This document shows positions 28,790 to 39,264 of a stretch of DNA of 64,000 bases, piece by piece. The notes under the pieces are model-generated. The model was given only the letters and a program-made list of their open reading frames with translations, was not told the DNA's origin and did no database searches. The translations under genes and the position numbers were made by a program. The DNA is from a bacterium (GTDB lineage: Bacteria > Patescibacteriota > Microgenomatia > Daviesbacterales > UBA10151), in the NCBI GenBank assembly GCA_021786105.1, contig JAJYNW010000005.1, positions 1 to 64,000 on the forward strand, in the 5' to 3' direction. The stretch's first letter is position 1, and every line of letters starts with the position of its first letter.

Positions 28790-29352
28790 TGGATAGGGAA
28801 GAGGCGCTAAAAATTATTGAGGAAAACGTTTCCAATAAGAATATCATCAAACACATGTTGGCTACTGAAGCAGTAATGAGGGCTTTGGCGGAAAAGTTGG
28901 AGCCGGAAAGTGTTGATGAGTGGGGGATAGCAGGGCTCCTGCACGATGGAGATTATTCAGAAAAAGTTCCTGTTTCTGAACAAGGAGTACAGATTTCTAA
29001 ATGGGTAGAAGAAAAAGGTTTCGTTCTGTCTGATGAGGTCAAACATGCTATGGCTGCGCACAATTGCAGTAATACCAAAATTATGCCGGAGTCAAAGATG
29101 GATTGGTCATTATTTTGCTGTGATTCCCTAACTGGACTAATTACTGCTTGTGCTTTAGTTCTGCCTGAGAAAAAATTAGCTGATGTGACTGTTGAAAGAG
29201 TTTTAAAAAGATTTAAAGAACCGAAATTCGCTGCTGGTACCAGAAGAGATGAAATCCAAATGTGTGAGAAACAATTAGGGCTAACCTTAGAGGAATTTGT
29301 TAAAATATCTCTAGAGGCAATGCAAAAAATTGCTCCGGAATTAGGGCTCTAA
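28789..29352 (+). CDS. HD-domain metal-dependent phosphohydrolase (COG2316-like)
   Basis: KHMLA, GLLHDGDY, AHN, CDSLTG, KFAAG. Confidence 0.85.
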   Translation: MDREEALKIIEENVSNKNIIKHMLATEAVMRALAEKLEPESVDEWGIAGLLHDGDYSEKVPVSEQGVQISKWVEEKGFVLSDEVKHAMAAHNCSNTKIMPESKMDWSLFCCDSLTGLITACALVLPEKKLADVTVERVLKRFKEPKFAAGTRRDEIQMCEKQLGLTLEEFVKISLEAMQKIAPELGL

Positions 29353-29353
29353 A

Positions 29354-30649
29354 ATGGTAGATATTAATAGTATTCGTCAAAATCCGGATCTTTATAAAAA
29401 GGCAGTTATTGATAAAGGTATCGATTTAAATATCGATGTTTTGCTTCGTGCTGATGAGGAGAAGAGGAATTTATTAACTCAAGTTGAGGGACTTCGCAAA
29501 GAAAGAAATGATGCTGCCAGAGAAAAAAATATTGAAAAAGGGAAAGAGATTAAAATAAAACTTGATAGTTTAGAGGCAGAATTATCTAAAGCAGAAGATA
29601 AATTTATTGAGTTGGCGGTTAAAGTTCCAACTGTTCCATCCTCTGATACACCCATTGGAAAAAGCGATGCTGACAATATAGAAATCCGCAAAGTTGGCGA
29701 AATTCCTCAATTCGATTTTACCCCCAAAGATCATATCCAATTAGGAAAAGAATTGGATATTTTAGATTTTGATAACGGGGCGAAAGTCGGAGGATATAGA
29801 GGATATTATCTAAAGAATGAAGGAGTAATGCTGGTGATGGGGCTGATGATGTATGCCTTAAATAAATTAATCGAGAAAGGCTTTACCCCGATGATTCCTC
29901 CAACCCTGGTTAAAGGTTTTGCCCTTTTTGGAAGTGGCTATTTTAAAGGCTTAGTTTATAATCCGGAAACTGATGAAATCTACCAGGTTGCGTCTCCGGA
30001 CAAAGAAGCAAGTGGGGAAGTAATGCGCGAACAAAAGTTTTTAGTTGGTACTGCAGAACCATCACTATTAGCCTATTTTTCAGGTCAAACTTTAAAAGAA
30101 GAAGATCTTCCTAAAAAAGTTGTTGGGTTCAGCCAGTGTTACCGGAGTGAGATTGGCAGTTATGGTAAAGACACAAAAGGCCTTTATCGGGTTCACGAAT
30201 TCATGAAGGTAGAACAGGTGATCCTCTCTATTGCGGATACCGAAGAGTCTAACAAGTTGCAAGACCAGATGGTGGCTATCTCAGAAGAGATCCATAAAGA
30301 GTTAGGGCTCACTTATCGAGTTATTCAAATTTGCACCGGAGATATGTCGGCTGGGAAATATAGAGCCTTTGATATTGAGGCATGGATGCCGGGATTAAAC
30401 CGCTGGGGTGAAACCGGGTCAGCCAGCAATTTTGTAGACTGGCAGGCCAGACGGTTAGATGCCAAATATATAGATAAAGAAGGAAATAGAAAATATGTCT
30501 TTATGCTAAATAATACAGTTTTGCCAAGCCCAAGGCCTTTTATTGCTATCTTGGAAAATTTCCAGCAAAAGGATGGGACAGTTGTGATTCCGGAAGTTTT
30601 AAGGAAATATACCGGTTTTTCGGAAATCAGGCCTAAAAATAGTAGATAG
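29354..30649 (+). CDS. serS: Serine--tRNA ligase
   Basis: Coiled-coil N-terminus, GTAE, CYRSE, RVHEFMKVEQ, DIEAW, LNNT. Confidence 0.97.
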   Translation: MVDINSIRQNPDLYKKAVIDKGIDLNIDVLLRADEEKRNLLTQVEGLRKERNDAAREKNIEKGKEIKIKLDSLEAELSKAEDKFIELAVKVPTVPSSDTPIGKSDADNIEIRKVGEIPQFDFTPKDHIQLGKELDILDFDNGAKVGGYRGYYLKNEGVMLVMGLMMYALNKLIEKGFTPMIPPTLVKGFALFGSGYFKGLVYNPETDEIYQVASPDKEASGEVMREQKFLVGTAEPSLLAYFSGQTLKEEDLPKKVVGFSQCYRSEIGSYGKDTKGLYRVHEFMKVEQVILSIADTEESNKLQDQMVAISEEIHKELGLTYRVIQICTGDMSAGKYRAFDIEAWMPGLNRWGETGSASNFVDWQARRLDAKYIDKEGNRKYVFMLNNTVLPSPRPFIAILENFQQKDGTVVIPEVLRKYTGFSEIRPKNSR

Positions 30650-30732
30650 CATTAATTAGTATCTATAGTTTAAACTTCTTTCTTCCTGAATCCTTACCTA
30701 TTTTATATTTTGCGACGTTATATTAACTGTGT

Positions 30733-31401
30733 ATGCTTCCTCTTTGGGATGTGGGTCCGACGGGAAAATTTCCTTTCTGGGTAATTACAATTATCGCTAT
30801 CAATGTTTTTGTTTTTTACCTTGAGTTGACTGTCCCTAATCTTGACGCCTTCATTACCCGATATGCCTTAATCCCTTCGGCCATAAATTTAATGAACATT
30901 AGTACTTTACTTCCTTTTGTAACAAGCCAATTTTTACATGGAGGTTTTTTGCATATTGTTACTAATATGTGGTTTTTTTGGATCTTTGGTGACAATGTTG
31001 AATATCGGTTAGGAGCATTTTTCTTCCCTATTTTTTATTTGCTTTCGGGGATAACAGGCAATGCTTTGCAATATGCCCTTATGCCCAATTCAGATATTCC
31101 GGCACTTGGGGCATCGGGTGCGATTGCCGGAGTTTTAGGTGCATATTTTGCTTTCTTCCCCCGCAACCGGGTAAAGACCTTAATATTTTTTTTAATTGCA
31201 GATTTGCCGGCATCAATAGTTTTGTTTTATTGGTTAATTCTGCAGCTATTCAATAGTGCTGTTGCTGTGTCTCCAGCTTCCAATCCCAATGATGGGGGGG
31301 TTGCTTACTTCACCCATATTGGAGGGTTTGCTTTAGGATGGTTTGTGGGAAAAGTCTCATTAATTTTGCAGGAGAAAAAAATTAAATTAAAGTTTATTTG
31401 A
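30733..31401 (+). CDS. Rhomboid-family intramembrane serine protease
   Basis: FLHGG..H...NM, GASGA, HIGG. Confidence 0.93.
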   Translation: MLPLWDVGPTGKFPFWVITIIAINVFVFYLELTVPNLDAFITRYALIPSAINLMNISTLLPFVTSQFLHGGFLHIVTNMWFFWIFGDNVEYRLGAFFFPIFYLLSGITGNALQYALMPNSDIPALGASGAIAGVLGAYFAFFPRNRVKTLIFFLIADLPASIVLFYWLILQLFNSAVAVSPASNPNDGGVAYFTHIGGFALGWFVGKVSLILQEKKIKLKFI

Positions 31402-32691
31402 TTGTATTCTGCCTATGCCTTCATAAACAAATCCCAAAGACCTGACCGTTTCAGGGTTATAGATATTTCTTCCGTCAATAATAATTGGCTTAGACATTGT
31501 ATGTTTCACTTTTGTGAGATCGAGCTCTTTAAATTCATTCCATTCAGTAATTATCAACATCGCTTCACTACCCTCTAAGGCATCGTAAGGATTTTCGTAA
31601 ATTTTTACGCCATCTTTAAACATATTCCGTATGTGATTTGCCGCAGCGGGATCATAAGCTTGTATTATTGCCCCCTGTTCTAAAAGCTTGCTAATAACTT
31701 TAACTGATGGTGCTTCCCGGATATCGTCAGTGTTGGGTTTAAACGAAAGGCCTAGAACTGTCACAGTTTTCCCATCTAATTTTTTTAGATGCTTAGTTAC
31801 TTTTTGAAAGAAAACATTCACTTGATTGTGGTTTATATCCTCAACTGATTTTAAAAGCTGGAAATTATAACCTACATTATCTGCAATATGGATAAAGGCA
31901 GAGACATCTTTAGGAAAACATGAACCACCGTATCCCACACCCGGATATAGAAAGTTTCTGCCTATTCGTTTATCGTAGCCTGCCCCCGACAATACAATTT
32001 CTGCATCTGCTCCTAATTTCTCACAAATATCAGCAACAGCATTGGCAAAAGATATTTTTGTAGCTAAAAAAGTATTGGCCACATATTTTATTGTTTGGGC
32101 AGAACGTAAATCGCAAACTACTCTTTGCCCGTTTAGATGTTTATAAAGATCAAGGAGTAAGTCGGCAGCCTTTTTGCTTTTAGTGCCAATAACGATTCGG
32201 TCCGGATTTTTGGCGTCTTCTACAGCTGATCCTTCTTTTAAAAATTCCGGGCATGAAGCAAATTCAAATTTATTTTTGGCGGTGCCTTTTATAGTTTCCT
32301 CGAGTTTTTCCTCAACCCCGATGGGCACAGTGCTTTTAATAGTGATAAGTGTATAACCTTTAAGGTGTTTAGCTGTTTCTTTGACTGCGTCAAAAAGATA
32401 AGTTAAATCAGCTTCACCGTTTGTTTTAGGTGGAGTGCCGACACAAATAAAAACTACTTTTGATTTAGGGACACTGGTTTCGTAACTGGTGGTAAAGATT
32501 AACCTCTTTTGAACTAAGTTGCGTCTAACTAGCTCCTCTAACCCCGGTTCAAAAAAAGGAACGTTGCCTTTTTTTAAAGAATCAATCTTTTTGGGATCGA
32601 TATCCACGCAATAAACTTTATGTCCAAAATCAGCAAAAACAGCACCTGTTACAAGTCCTACATACCCGGTGCCGATAATAGTTATTGTCAT
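31387..32691 (-). CDS. ugd: UDP-glucose/GDP-mannose 6-dehydrogenase family protein
   Basis: GTGYVG, CVGTP, KSTVP, PEFLKEG, GGSCFPKD, FKPNTDD; start at 32691 or 32700. Confidence 0.93.
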   Translation of the reverse strand: MTITIIGTGYVGLVTGAVFADFGHKVYCVDIDPKKIDSLKKGNVPFFEPGLEELVRRNLVQKRLIFTTSYETSVPKSKVVFICVGTPPKTNGEADLTYLFDAVKETAKHLKGYTLITIKSTVPIGVEEKLEETIKGTAKNKFEFASCPEFLKEGSAVEDAKNPDRIVIGTKSKKAADLLLDLYKHLNGQRVVCDLRSAQTIKYVANTFLATKISFANAVADICEKLGADAEIVLSGAGYDKRIGRNFLYPGVGYGGSCFPKDVSAFIHIADNVGYNFQLLKSVEDINHNQVNVFFQKVTKHLKKLDGKTVTVLGLSFKPNTDDIREAPSVKVISKLLEQGAIIQAYDPAAANHIRNMFKDGVKIYENPYDALEGSEAMLIITEWNEFKELDLTKVKHTMSKPIIIDGRNIYNPETVRSLGFVYEGIGRIQSNKL

Positions 32692-32830
32692 AGGCGTCAT
32701 AGAATATTAAAACGATTTTGCTCGGCTTGCAAGTCTCGCAAAATGTTTTGAACCCAAAAATATTGGATTTGGAAGTTGTAAATGAAATTATTTTGGGTAT
32801 AAAATAAGATTTGCGTCATCGTCAAAATTT

Positions 32831-33850
32831 ATGGGTAAGAAAATATTAGTTACTGGTGGGGGAGGATATATCGGGTCTATTACTTCTGACCTTCTTCTTA
32901 AAAACGGTTTCGATGTAGCAGTTTTAGATAATTTTTCCCGGGGATATGAAACTCCCTTAGTTTTTCTAAAAGATAAGTATGGGTCCGAAAGATTAAGTTG
33001 GAAGAATCTAGATTTAACAACGGATAATTTAGAGAAGTTTTTTGAAGAGGTAAAACCTGACGCGATTTTGCATTGTGCAGCGCTTTGTAATGTGGGAGAG
33101 TCATGGGAAAATCCCGCATTATATTTCCGTAACAACATTTTCGGAGTCCAAAGATTAGCAGATGCAGCTATAAAAACTAATATTAAGAATATTGTCTTTT
33201 CTTCTACTTGTGCGGTTTATGGTGACGCCCAATATTTGCCTATTGATGAGAAACACCCACTGGCAAATCCGTCAAGCCCATATGGGGCCACAAAAAAAAT
33301 GTGTGAGGAGATTCTCAATTGGTATGCTAAAGTCGATCTTTTGAATTATGTTTTTTTAAGGTATTTTAATGTCACCGGAGCATCAGATGATGGGGAAGTT
33401 GGAGATTCGAAAAATCCTTCTTTCCATTTGATTCAGAATGCTATCCGGGGGGCATTGGGAATTGATAAATTTGAATTAAACTTTGCAGCTGTAGATACTC
33501 CGGATGGCTCTCCAATCCGCGACTACTTGAATGTTGTTGATTTGGCTAACGCCCACATGCGGTCCTTAAACTATCTACTCGAGGATCAGGGGAAAAATGA
33601 AGTTTTCAATTTGGGGACAGGAGCGGGAAATTCTGTTTTAGAAATTATCAAACTAGTTAAAGAAAGAACCGGAATAGATTTTCAAATTGGAGAAGCGGCA
33701 AGCAGAAGAAAGGGCGAGGCGGATAAGATGATTGCCGATATTTCTAAAGCCAAAAAAATCTTAGGATGGGAACCAAAACACTCCCTAGATGATTCAATCC
33801 AAACACTAGTTAAATGGTATAAATTGCACCCGAAAGGCTGGAATAAATAA
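32831..33850 (+). CDS. galE: UDP-glucose 4-epimerase
   Basis: TGGGGYIG, FSSTCAVYG, YGATK, LRYFN, DGSPIRDY. Confidence 0.92.
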   Translation: MGKKILVTGGGGYIGSITSDLLLKNGFDVAVLDNFSRGYETPLVFLKDKYGSERLSWKNLDLTTDNLEKFFEEVKPDAILHCAALCNVGESWENPALYFRNNIFGVQRLADAAIKTNIKNIVFSSTCAVYGDAQYLPIDEKHPLANPSSPYGATKKMCEEILNWYAKVDLLNYVFLRYFNVTGASDDGEVGDSKNPSFHLIQNAIRGALGIDKFELNFAAVDTPDGSPIRDYLNVVDLANAHMRSLNYLLEDQGKNEVFNLGTGAGNSVLEIIKLVKERTGIDFQIGEAASRRKGEADKMIADISKAKKILGWEPKHSLDDSIQTLVKWYKLHPKGWNK

Positions 33851-33853
33851 TTT

Positions 33854-34072
33854 CTACCGGGATTTCCACCAAGATATTAAGATAAAATAAAGTGCTGAGA
33901 TTCCGACTAAAGCATAAATAATTCTAGTTAATCCTGAACCGGCTCCGAATATCGAATCTACCAAGTTGTAACCGAAAAATCCTACCAGTCCCCAATTAAT
34001 ACCGCCAATCACTAATAGTATTAAGGCTATCCAGTCAACCCAATTCATATCTCTCATATCAGCTCTTGCCAT
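33854..34072 (-). CDS. DUF378 small membrane protein
   Basis: IGGINWGLVG, NLV..IFG, RIIYALVG; strong SD AAGGAGGTG. Confidence 0.88.
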   Translation of the reverse strand: MARADMRDMNWVDWIALILLVIGGINWGLVGFFGYNLVDSIFGAGSGLTRIIYALVGISALYFILISWWKSR

Positions 34073-34172
34073 AATTACCACCTCCTTATTATGGTATAGC
34101 CTGTAATATTACTCCGTTTTGGTAAGAAGTTTAGGTAGAAACCATCAAGAATCCGGAAAGAGATCCGAAAGG

Positions 34173-34664
34173 TTATTGGTGTCGCTGCCACTCGATTTTT
34201 TCACCTTTTGTTTTTTGTTCTGCCATAACTAGTTCGTCATAAATTCCGTCGATTAAGTCATAATCCTTGGCTTCTTCAAGAGTTACCCAAGCATATTGGT
34301 CGGTTTCTTCCGGTTGAAGCGTTACTTCTCCGGAAACGTAATTAGCGGCACAAGAGATAACTAAGGAGGAAGCTCCGTCTTGATGAACAGTGGCTAGACT
34401 TGTGACATACTTGATGTTGTTAATTTCAATACCAACCTCTTCTTTTACTTCGCGTTTTAGAGTCCGTTCTAAAACGTTGTACCAATAATCCTCTGTGTCT
34501 TTAGGCAGTTCCAAATAATCACTGGATTGTAACCTACCACCCGGGACAGTCCATTTGCCGGGAAAACGTTTTTTGGTGAGCGCCCTTCTTTCGATTAAGT
34601 ATTTGCCGTCTTTTTTAATGATGGCGGTAATTGCGACTTCATGTAAGTATTGATTTTGATCCAT
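34173..34664 (-). CDS. NUDIX hydrolase
   Basis: PGG...REVKEEVG Nudix box; start MDQNQ at 34664. Confidence 0.88.
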   Translation of the reverse strand: MDQNQYLHEVAITAIIKKDGKYLIERRALTKKRFPGKWTVPGGRLQSSDYLELPKDTEDYWYNVLERTLKREVKEEVGIEINNIKYVTSLATVHQDGASSLVISCAANYVSGEVTLQPEETDQYAWVTLEEAKDYDLIDGIYDELVMAEQKTKGEKIEWQRHQ

Positions 34665-34737
34665 TGCTCTTTTTAATATACAAGAATTTGCTGTGAATAA
34701 AAATATGACAAAGACCTGCCTGTTGGAAAGGTAGTCT

Positions 34738-37458
34738 TTAATTTGGATAGTGACAACGTTTATATTTTTTGCCTGAACCGCACCAACAAGGATCATTGCG
34801 GCCGACTTTATTGTGGCGGATTTGTCCGGAATCAGAATCTAATGTTTGAGTCGCTACCTGTCCATTTCTTTCAATTGTTACTTTAGTTACTCCACCCTCA
34901 TGTTCTAAAACTTCTGCAATTGGTTCGCCTTGAGCAACTTCCTTTACCTCTTCCTCCTCTGTTTTAACTCCGGTCTCAATTTCCGGATGTCTTTCTGTAA
35001 CCTCAATTGGCTGGGGTTGAACAGGTTGGTTGGAGGGTGCAAGCTTATAAATTTTATGGACCACATCATAATCAATGTTGGCCATCAGTTTAGTGAATAA
35101 ATCGAAGGATTCTTTTTTGTATTCCACTAAAGGATCCCTTTGGCCGTAACCACGAAGCCCGATTCCTGCCCGAAGATCATCCATAGTGTCCAAATGTTCA
35201 ATCCATAAAGTATCGATGGTTGTCAGATAAACAAAGGTTTCCATTTGGCGGGCTACTTCAGAGCCGAACTGTTTCTCTCTTTGTTCGTAAACATCGCGTG
35301 CTACCTGGATTAAGAATTGAGTAATATCTTCTACGGACCCGATTTGGCTGATTTTTTGTTCCAGCTCTTTTCTGGAATTAGGATCAAAGTTAATAACATC
35401 AGAAAAATCTTCAACGATCTTTGTTTGGTCTAGCCCCTCGGCGCTATTGATTGTAACAATACTGGAAATGGCCTCATCGATCTTTTGTAAAATATCTTCC
35501 TTAAGCTGGGAGCTGGCTTCTCCCTTTAAATTGGCGGCGGCTTCCAAAATATTTTTTCTGACTCCATAGATAATTTGTCTTTGCTGGTTCATCACATCGT
35601 CATACTCGACCGTTGTTTTACGGATATCAAAATTATGGCCTTCGACTTTTTTCTGGGCCGATTCAATGGCTTTAGAGATCATCCCGTGTTCGATCGGAGC
35701 GTCTTCGGGCATCTTTAAAAAGTCCATGACTTTCGAAACTTGGTCGCCGCCGAAGATCCGCATTAAGTCATCCTCCAGGGAGATAAAGAACTGGGAGGCG
35801 CCGGGATCCCCCTGTCTTCCGGACCGTCCCCGAAGTTGGTTGTCAATCCTTCTTGATTCATGTCTTTCGGTGCCAATTACAAAAAGCCCGCCTGACTTTT
35901 CCGCTCCCTTACCAAGCTTAATATCGACTCCCCGGCCGGCCATGTTGGTGGCAACTGTGACTGCGCCTTTTTCCCCGGCTTTGGCGATAATTTCCGCTTC
36001 TTTTTCATGGTTTTTAGCGTTCAAAAGTGCGTGGGAAATACCTTTTTTCTTCAACAAATCTGACAAAAATTCGTTTTTCTCAATGGAGGTGGTACCGACC
36101 AAAACCGGTTGTCCTTTGGCGTGGAGCTCCTCGATCTTGTTGGCAACTGCGGTATATTTACCGGCCTGGGTTTTATAAATTGTGTCGGACATGTCTTCCC
36201 TGATCATCGGCAAATGGGTGGGAACAACAACCACATCAAGCTTGTAGATCTTGTGAAACTCTTCTGCCTCAGTAGCGGCGGTTCCGGTCATACCCGCAAG
36301 TTTTTTATACATCCTGAAGTAATTTTGGAAAGAAATGGTGGCTAAAGTTTGTGACTCCTGCTGAATGGCGACTCCCTCTTTGGCTTCAATGGCTTGATGA
36401 AGGCCTTCGGAATAGCGCCTTCCCGGCATTAACCTTCCGGTAAACTCATCAACAATTATTACTTCGCCGTCCCGGACAACGTAATCTTTATCTTTTTGAA
36501 ACAGGGCACGGGCTTTTAAAGCTTGCTCGATATGATGCAAGGTAGAGAAGTCCTTTTCGTACATATTGTCCACACCCAGCATATTTTCAATCTTGGCAAT
36601 ACCATGTTCTGTAAGATGGGCAGTCCGTTGTTTCTCATCAATGGAATAATCGGTGTCTCCTGAAAGCTTCTCGATTATCCCGGCGAACTCATAATATTTT
36701 TGGGTGGGTTCAGAAGCGGGGCGGGAGATAATAAGCGGGGTTCTGGCCTCATCAATTAAGATGGAATCAACCTCATCAACCACCGCAAAGGAATGCCCTC
36801 TTTGGACTTGATCAGCCAAAGAAAAGACCATGTTATCCCGAAGATAGTCAAAGCCGTATTCATTATTTGTGCCGTAGGTAATATCGGCGTTATAAGCCTC
36901 TTTGCGGGTTACAGGCTTTAGGTGCTTTAATCTTTCGTCTGTGTGCTCGGTATTTTTAAACTTTGGGTCATAGATAAAGGCTTGTTCGTGAATAATGACT
37001 CCAACTGTTGCTCCCAGGGTATGATAAATTGGTCCCATCCAACCACAATCACGCATGGCAAGATAATCGTTAACCGTGACAAGATGGGAGCCTTCCCCGG
37101 TCAGCGAGTTTAAAAATAGCGCCGGAACCGCAGAAAGGGTTTTTCCTTCACCGGTTCTCTGTTCGGAAATTTTTCCCTGGTGTAAGGTGATGGCTGACAT
37201 AAGCTGAACGTCGAAGAGCCTCATGTTGAGAGTTCTGGCGCCCGCCTCCCGAACGGCTGCGTAAACATCCGGAAGAAGCTCATCCAGGCTTTGGCCTTTT
37301 TGGTAAAGTTTTTTAAATTCCTGGGACTTTTCGATGAGCTGTTTATCGGTAAGTTTCTGGTATTTTTTCTCCAGATCGTTTATCTGGGTAATGATTTTTC
37401 CGAAACGATCAAGCTCTTTTTGGTTGGAGTCCAAGATACGGCTAAAGATATTTAACAT
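34738..37458 (-). CDS. secA: Preprotein translocase ATPase SecA
   Basis: TGEGKT, DEVDSILIDEARTPLIIS, ATNMAGRG, QLRGRSGRQGD, SEC-C motif CWCGSGKKYKRCH. Confidence 0.98.
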   Translation of the reverse strand: MLNIFSRILDSNQKELDRFGKIITQINDLEKKYQKLTDKQLIEKSQEFKKLYQKGQSLDELLPDVYAAVREAGARTLNMRLFDVQLMSAITLHQGKISEQRTGEGKTLSAVPALFLNSLTGEGSHLVTVNDYLAMRDCGWMGPIYHTLGATVGVIIHEQAFIYDPKFKNTEHTDERLKHLKPVTRKEAYNADITYGTNNEYGFDYLRDNMVFSLADQVQRGHSFAVVDEVDSILIDEARTPLIISRPASEPTQKYYEFAGIIEKLSGDTDYSIDEKQRTAHLTEHGIAKIENMLGVDNMYEKDFSTLHHIEQALKARALFQKDKDYVVRDGEVIIVDEFTGRLMPGRRYSEGLHQAIEAKEGVAIQQESQTLATISFQNYFRMYKKLAGMTGTAATEAEEFHKIYKLDVVVVPTHLPMIREDMSDTIYKTQAGKYTAVANKIEELHAKGQPVLVGTTSIEKNEFLSDLLKKKGISHALLNAKNHEKEAEIIAKAGEKGAVTVATNMAGRGVDIKLGKGAEKSGGLFVIGTERHESRRIDNQLRGRSGRQGDPGASQFFISLEDDLMRIFGGDQVSKVMDFLKMPEDAPIEHGMISKAIESAQKKVEGHNFDIRKTTVEYDDVMNQQRQIIYGVRKNILEAAANLKGEASSQLKEDILQKIDEAISSIVTINSAEGLDQTKIVEDFSDVINFDPNSRKELEQKISQIGSVEDITQFLIQVARDVYEQREKQFGSEVARQMETFVYLTTIDTLWIEHLDTMDDLRAGIGLRGYGQRDPLVEYKKESFDLFTKLMANIDYDVVHKIYKLAPSNQPVQPQPIEVTERHPEIETGVKTEEEEVKEVAQGEPIAEVLEHEGGVTKVTIERNGQVATQTLDSDSGQIRHNKVGRNDPCWCGSGKKYKRCHYPN

Positions 37459-37571
37459 AACTGTGTCATTATACCCAATTTGGGCAGGTTTGTCAGGTAA
37501 AAGAACGGGTTGACGGGGTAGGGTTTTTTCTATACACTTAAAATGGTTACTTTAGATTACGTATACTGCCC

Positions 37572-38831
37572 ATGGATCCAAATAATAACAATTCTACAGG
37601 TTTTCCGCCGGCTTCGGATCCGTCTGCTTCTTCGCCAACTACCCCGCCAACTCCACCGACCGATATGTCAATGGGAGTGCCTTCTGCACAGCCGAGTGCC
37701 TCATCTCCTCTTCCAGATACATCTGATTTAGGGCCAAGTGCAAGTAGTGGTTTGAGCTCTGGTTTTAGTATGTCGAACCCTGTACCAAATGTTACGCCCG
37801 AACCCGCTCCTAATTTAGAAGGTACTTCCACTACTCCTTTGGGGAGTAATGCTGCATTAGGGGAGGCTCAGCGGGGTGCGGGAGCAGGGGGTGTTCCTTC
37901 TTGGTCAACACCAGGTAGCAGCCCAAGTGCGGTTCCTTCTCAGGATATGTCTGCCTCTGCGGCTCCGGCTTTTGGAAGTATGGATACTACTCCTAGTGAG
38001 GCGCCTGTGAATCCTATGGCTGCCGGTACTGATTCTTCCGCCCCTTCGGGAGCGGCTCCCGGTGGATTTTCCATCGCTGATTTAGCTAGCGGTCCCGGAA
38101 CAAGTTCTACTTCGGGGTTAGACGGTTTTTCAGGAGGCACACCTCCTTTATCATCAACAGATGCTAGTGTTAGCGCACCTTCGGTTTCCCCTGCCCCAGC
38201 AGATACCGTTTCTGCAAGCCCATTGGGAGGTTCCGGCAATTCTGAAACGGCACCTGCCAATCCCTTTATGGGGGGTTCACAGCCATCAATGTCTGAAACT
38301 ACCGCTGCTCCAAACGGTGGGAGTGGTGCAGAAACTGGAGCCAGTGCGTCGGGACCGGTGGAATCTGCGCCGACAGATTTAAGCCATCTTGTGAGCGGCG
38401 CTTCCGGTGAACAATCAGCTACATCTTCAACAATCCCCCAACCGGAAACATTAGTTGTTGCCCCATCAGCTGCACCGGCTGCTTCGGATGCCCAGGTTGT
38501 TTCCGGCGGTGGAAAAAGTTTTCCTAAGTGGATTTTAGCTGTAGCGTTTGTTGTTGTATTGGCGGTAATTGGTGCTAGCGCTTACTTTATTTTAGGTGTG
38601 GGTAAGCCGGAAGCCCCGACAACATCAGTTCCTGCTGTTCAGGCTCCCTTAACGAAGCCTCCTAAAACAGTATTACCAAGTGTTTCTCCGACTCAAGCCC
38701 CTGCTTCCGGATCTGCGACTTTTGGAAGTTTGGAGGGCACGGCTCCCGTATCTTCAAGTGGGTCGGCTGCCCAAAATGGGCCTTCGGCTTTGGAACTATT
38801 GAGGAAGCGTCAGGTTTCTCCTACTCCCTAA
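37572..38831 (+). CDS. Low-complexity Ser/Pro/Ala/Gly-rich single-pass membrane protein
   Basis: About 315 aa disordered N-terminus, one TM (WILAVAFVVVLAVIGASAYFIL), Pro-rich tail. Confidence 0.75.
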   Translation: MDPNNNNSTGFPPASDPSASSPTTPPTPPTDMSMGVPSAQPSASSPLPDTSDLGPSASSGLSSGFSMSNPVPNVTPEPAPNLEGTSTTPLGSNAALGEAQRGAGAGGVPSWSTPGSSPSAVPSQDMSASAAPAFGSMDTTPSEAPVNPMAAGTDSSAPSGAAPGGFSIADLASGPGTSSTSGLDGFSGGTPPLSSTDASVSAPSVSPAPADTVSASPLGGSGNSETAPANPFMGGSQPSMSETTAAPNGGSGAETGASASGPVESAPTDLSHLVSGASGEQSATSSTIPQPETLVVAPSAAPAASDAQVVSGGGKSFPKWILAVAFVVVLAVIGASAYFILGVGKPEAPTTSVPAVQAPLTKPPKTVLPSVSPTQAPASGSATFGSLEGTAPVSSSGSAAQNGPSALELLRKRQVSPTP

Positions 38832-39246
38832 CCTCAATTTCTCTGGTGTTTCCTGAAGTTAGCTTAATCTTAATTTGCATTGCTTGCTGGGGTAGTGATT
38901 TACCCAGCTTTTCTGCCCATTCAATTAGAACAATATTATTGGGATTAGCAAAGATTTCTGATAGTCCAGTACCCTCAATATCAACCTCATCCTCAAACCT
39001 GTAAAGGTCGATATGGAAAAGCTTTCCCTGGGGGTTTTTAGGAATATCATATTGCCGCATAACTATGAAAGTAGGGGAAATTAACCTGTCGTTAATTCCC
39101 AGTCCCCTGGCAAAACCCTGGATAAAAGTTGTCTTGCCGGCGCCCAAGGGACCGGAAAAGGCGATGATGCCTCCGTTTTGATACTTTTGGGCAAGGTCTG
39201 CGGCGATTTTTTGGGTTTCTTCGGCTGAATTAGAAGTGTAAACCAT
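38821..39246 (-). CDS. tsaE: tRNA threonylcarbamoyladenosine biosynthesis ATPase TsaE
   Basis: GPLGAGKTT, SPTF, HIDLYR, IEW. Confidence 0.95.
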   Translation of the reverse strand: MVYTSNSAEETQKIAADLAQKYQNGGIIAFSGPLGAGKTTFIQGFARGLGINDRLISPTFIVMRQYDIPKNPQGKLFHIDLYRFEDEVDIEGTGLSEIFANPNNIVLIEWAEKLGKSLPQQAMQIKIKLTSGNTREIEVRE

Positions 39247-39264
39247 AATATCTCCAAATTATAT

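Noticed and set aside
34706-37495. GGCAGGT(CT)TTGTCA inverted repeats flanking secA
   Set aside because: Short, needs an indel, overlaps promoter and terminator-like sequence; secA is a core gene with no sign of mobility
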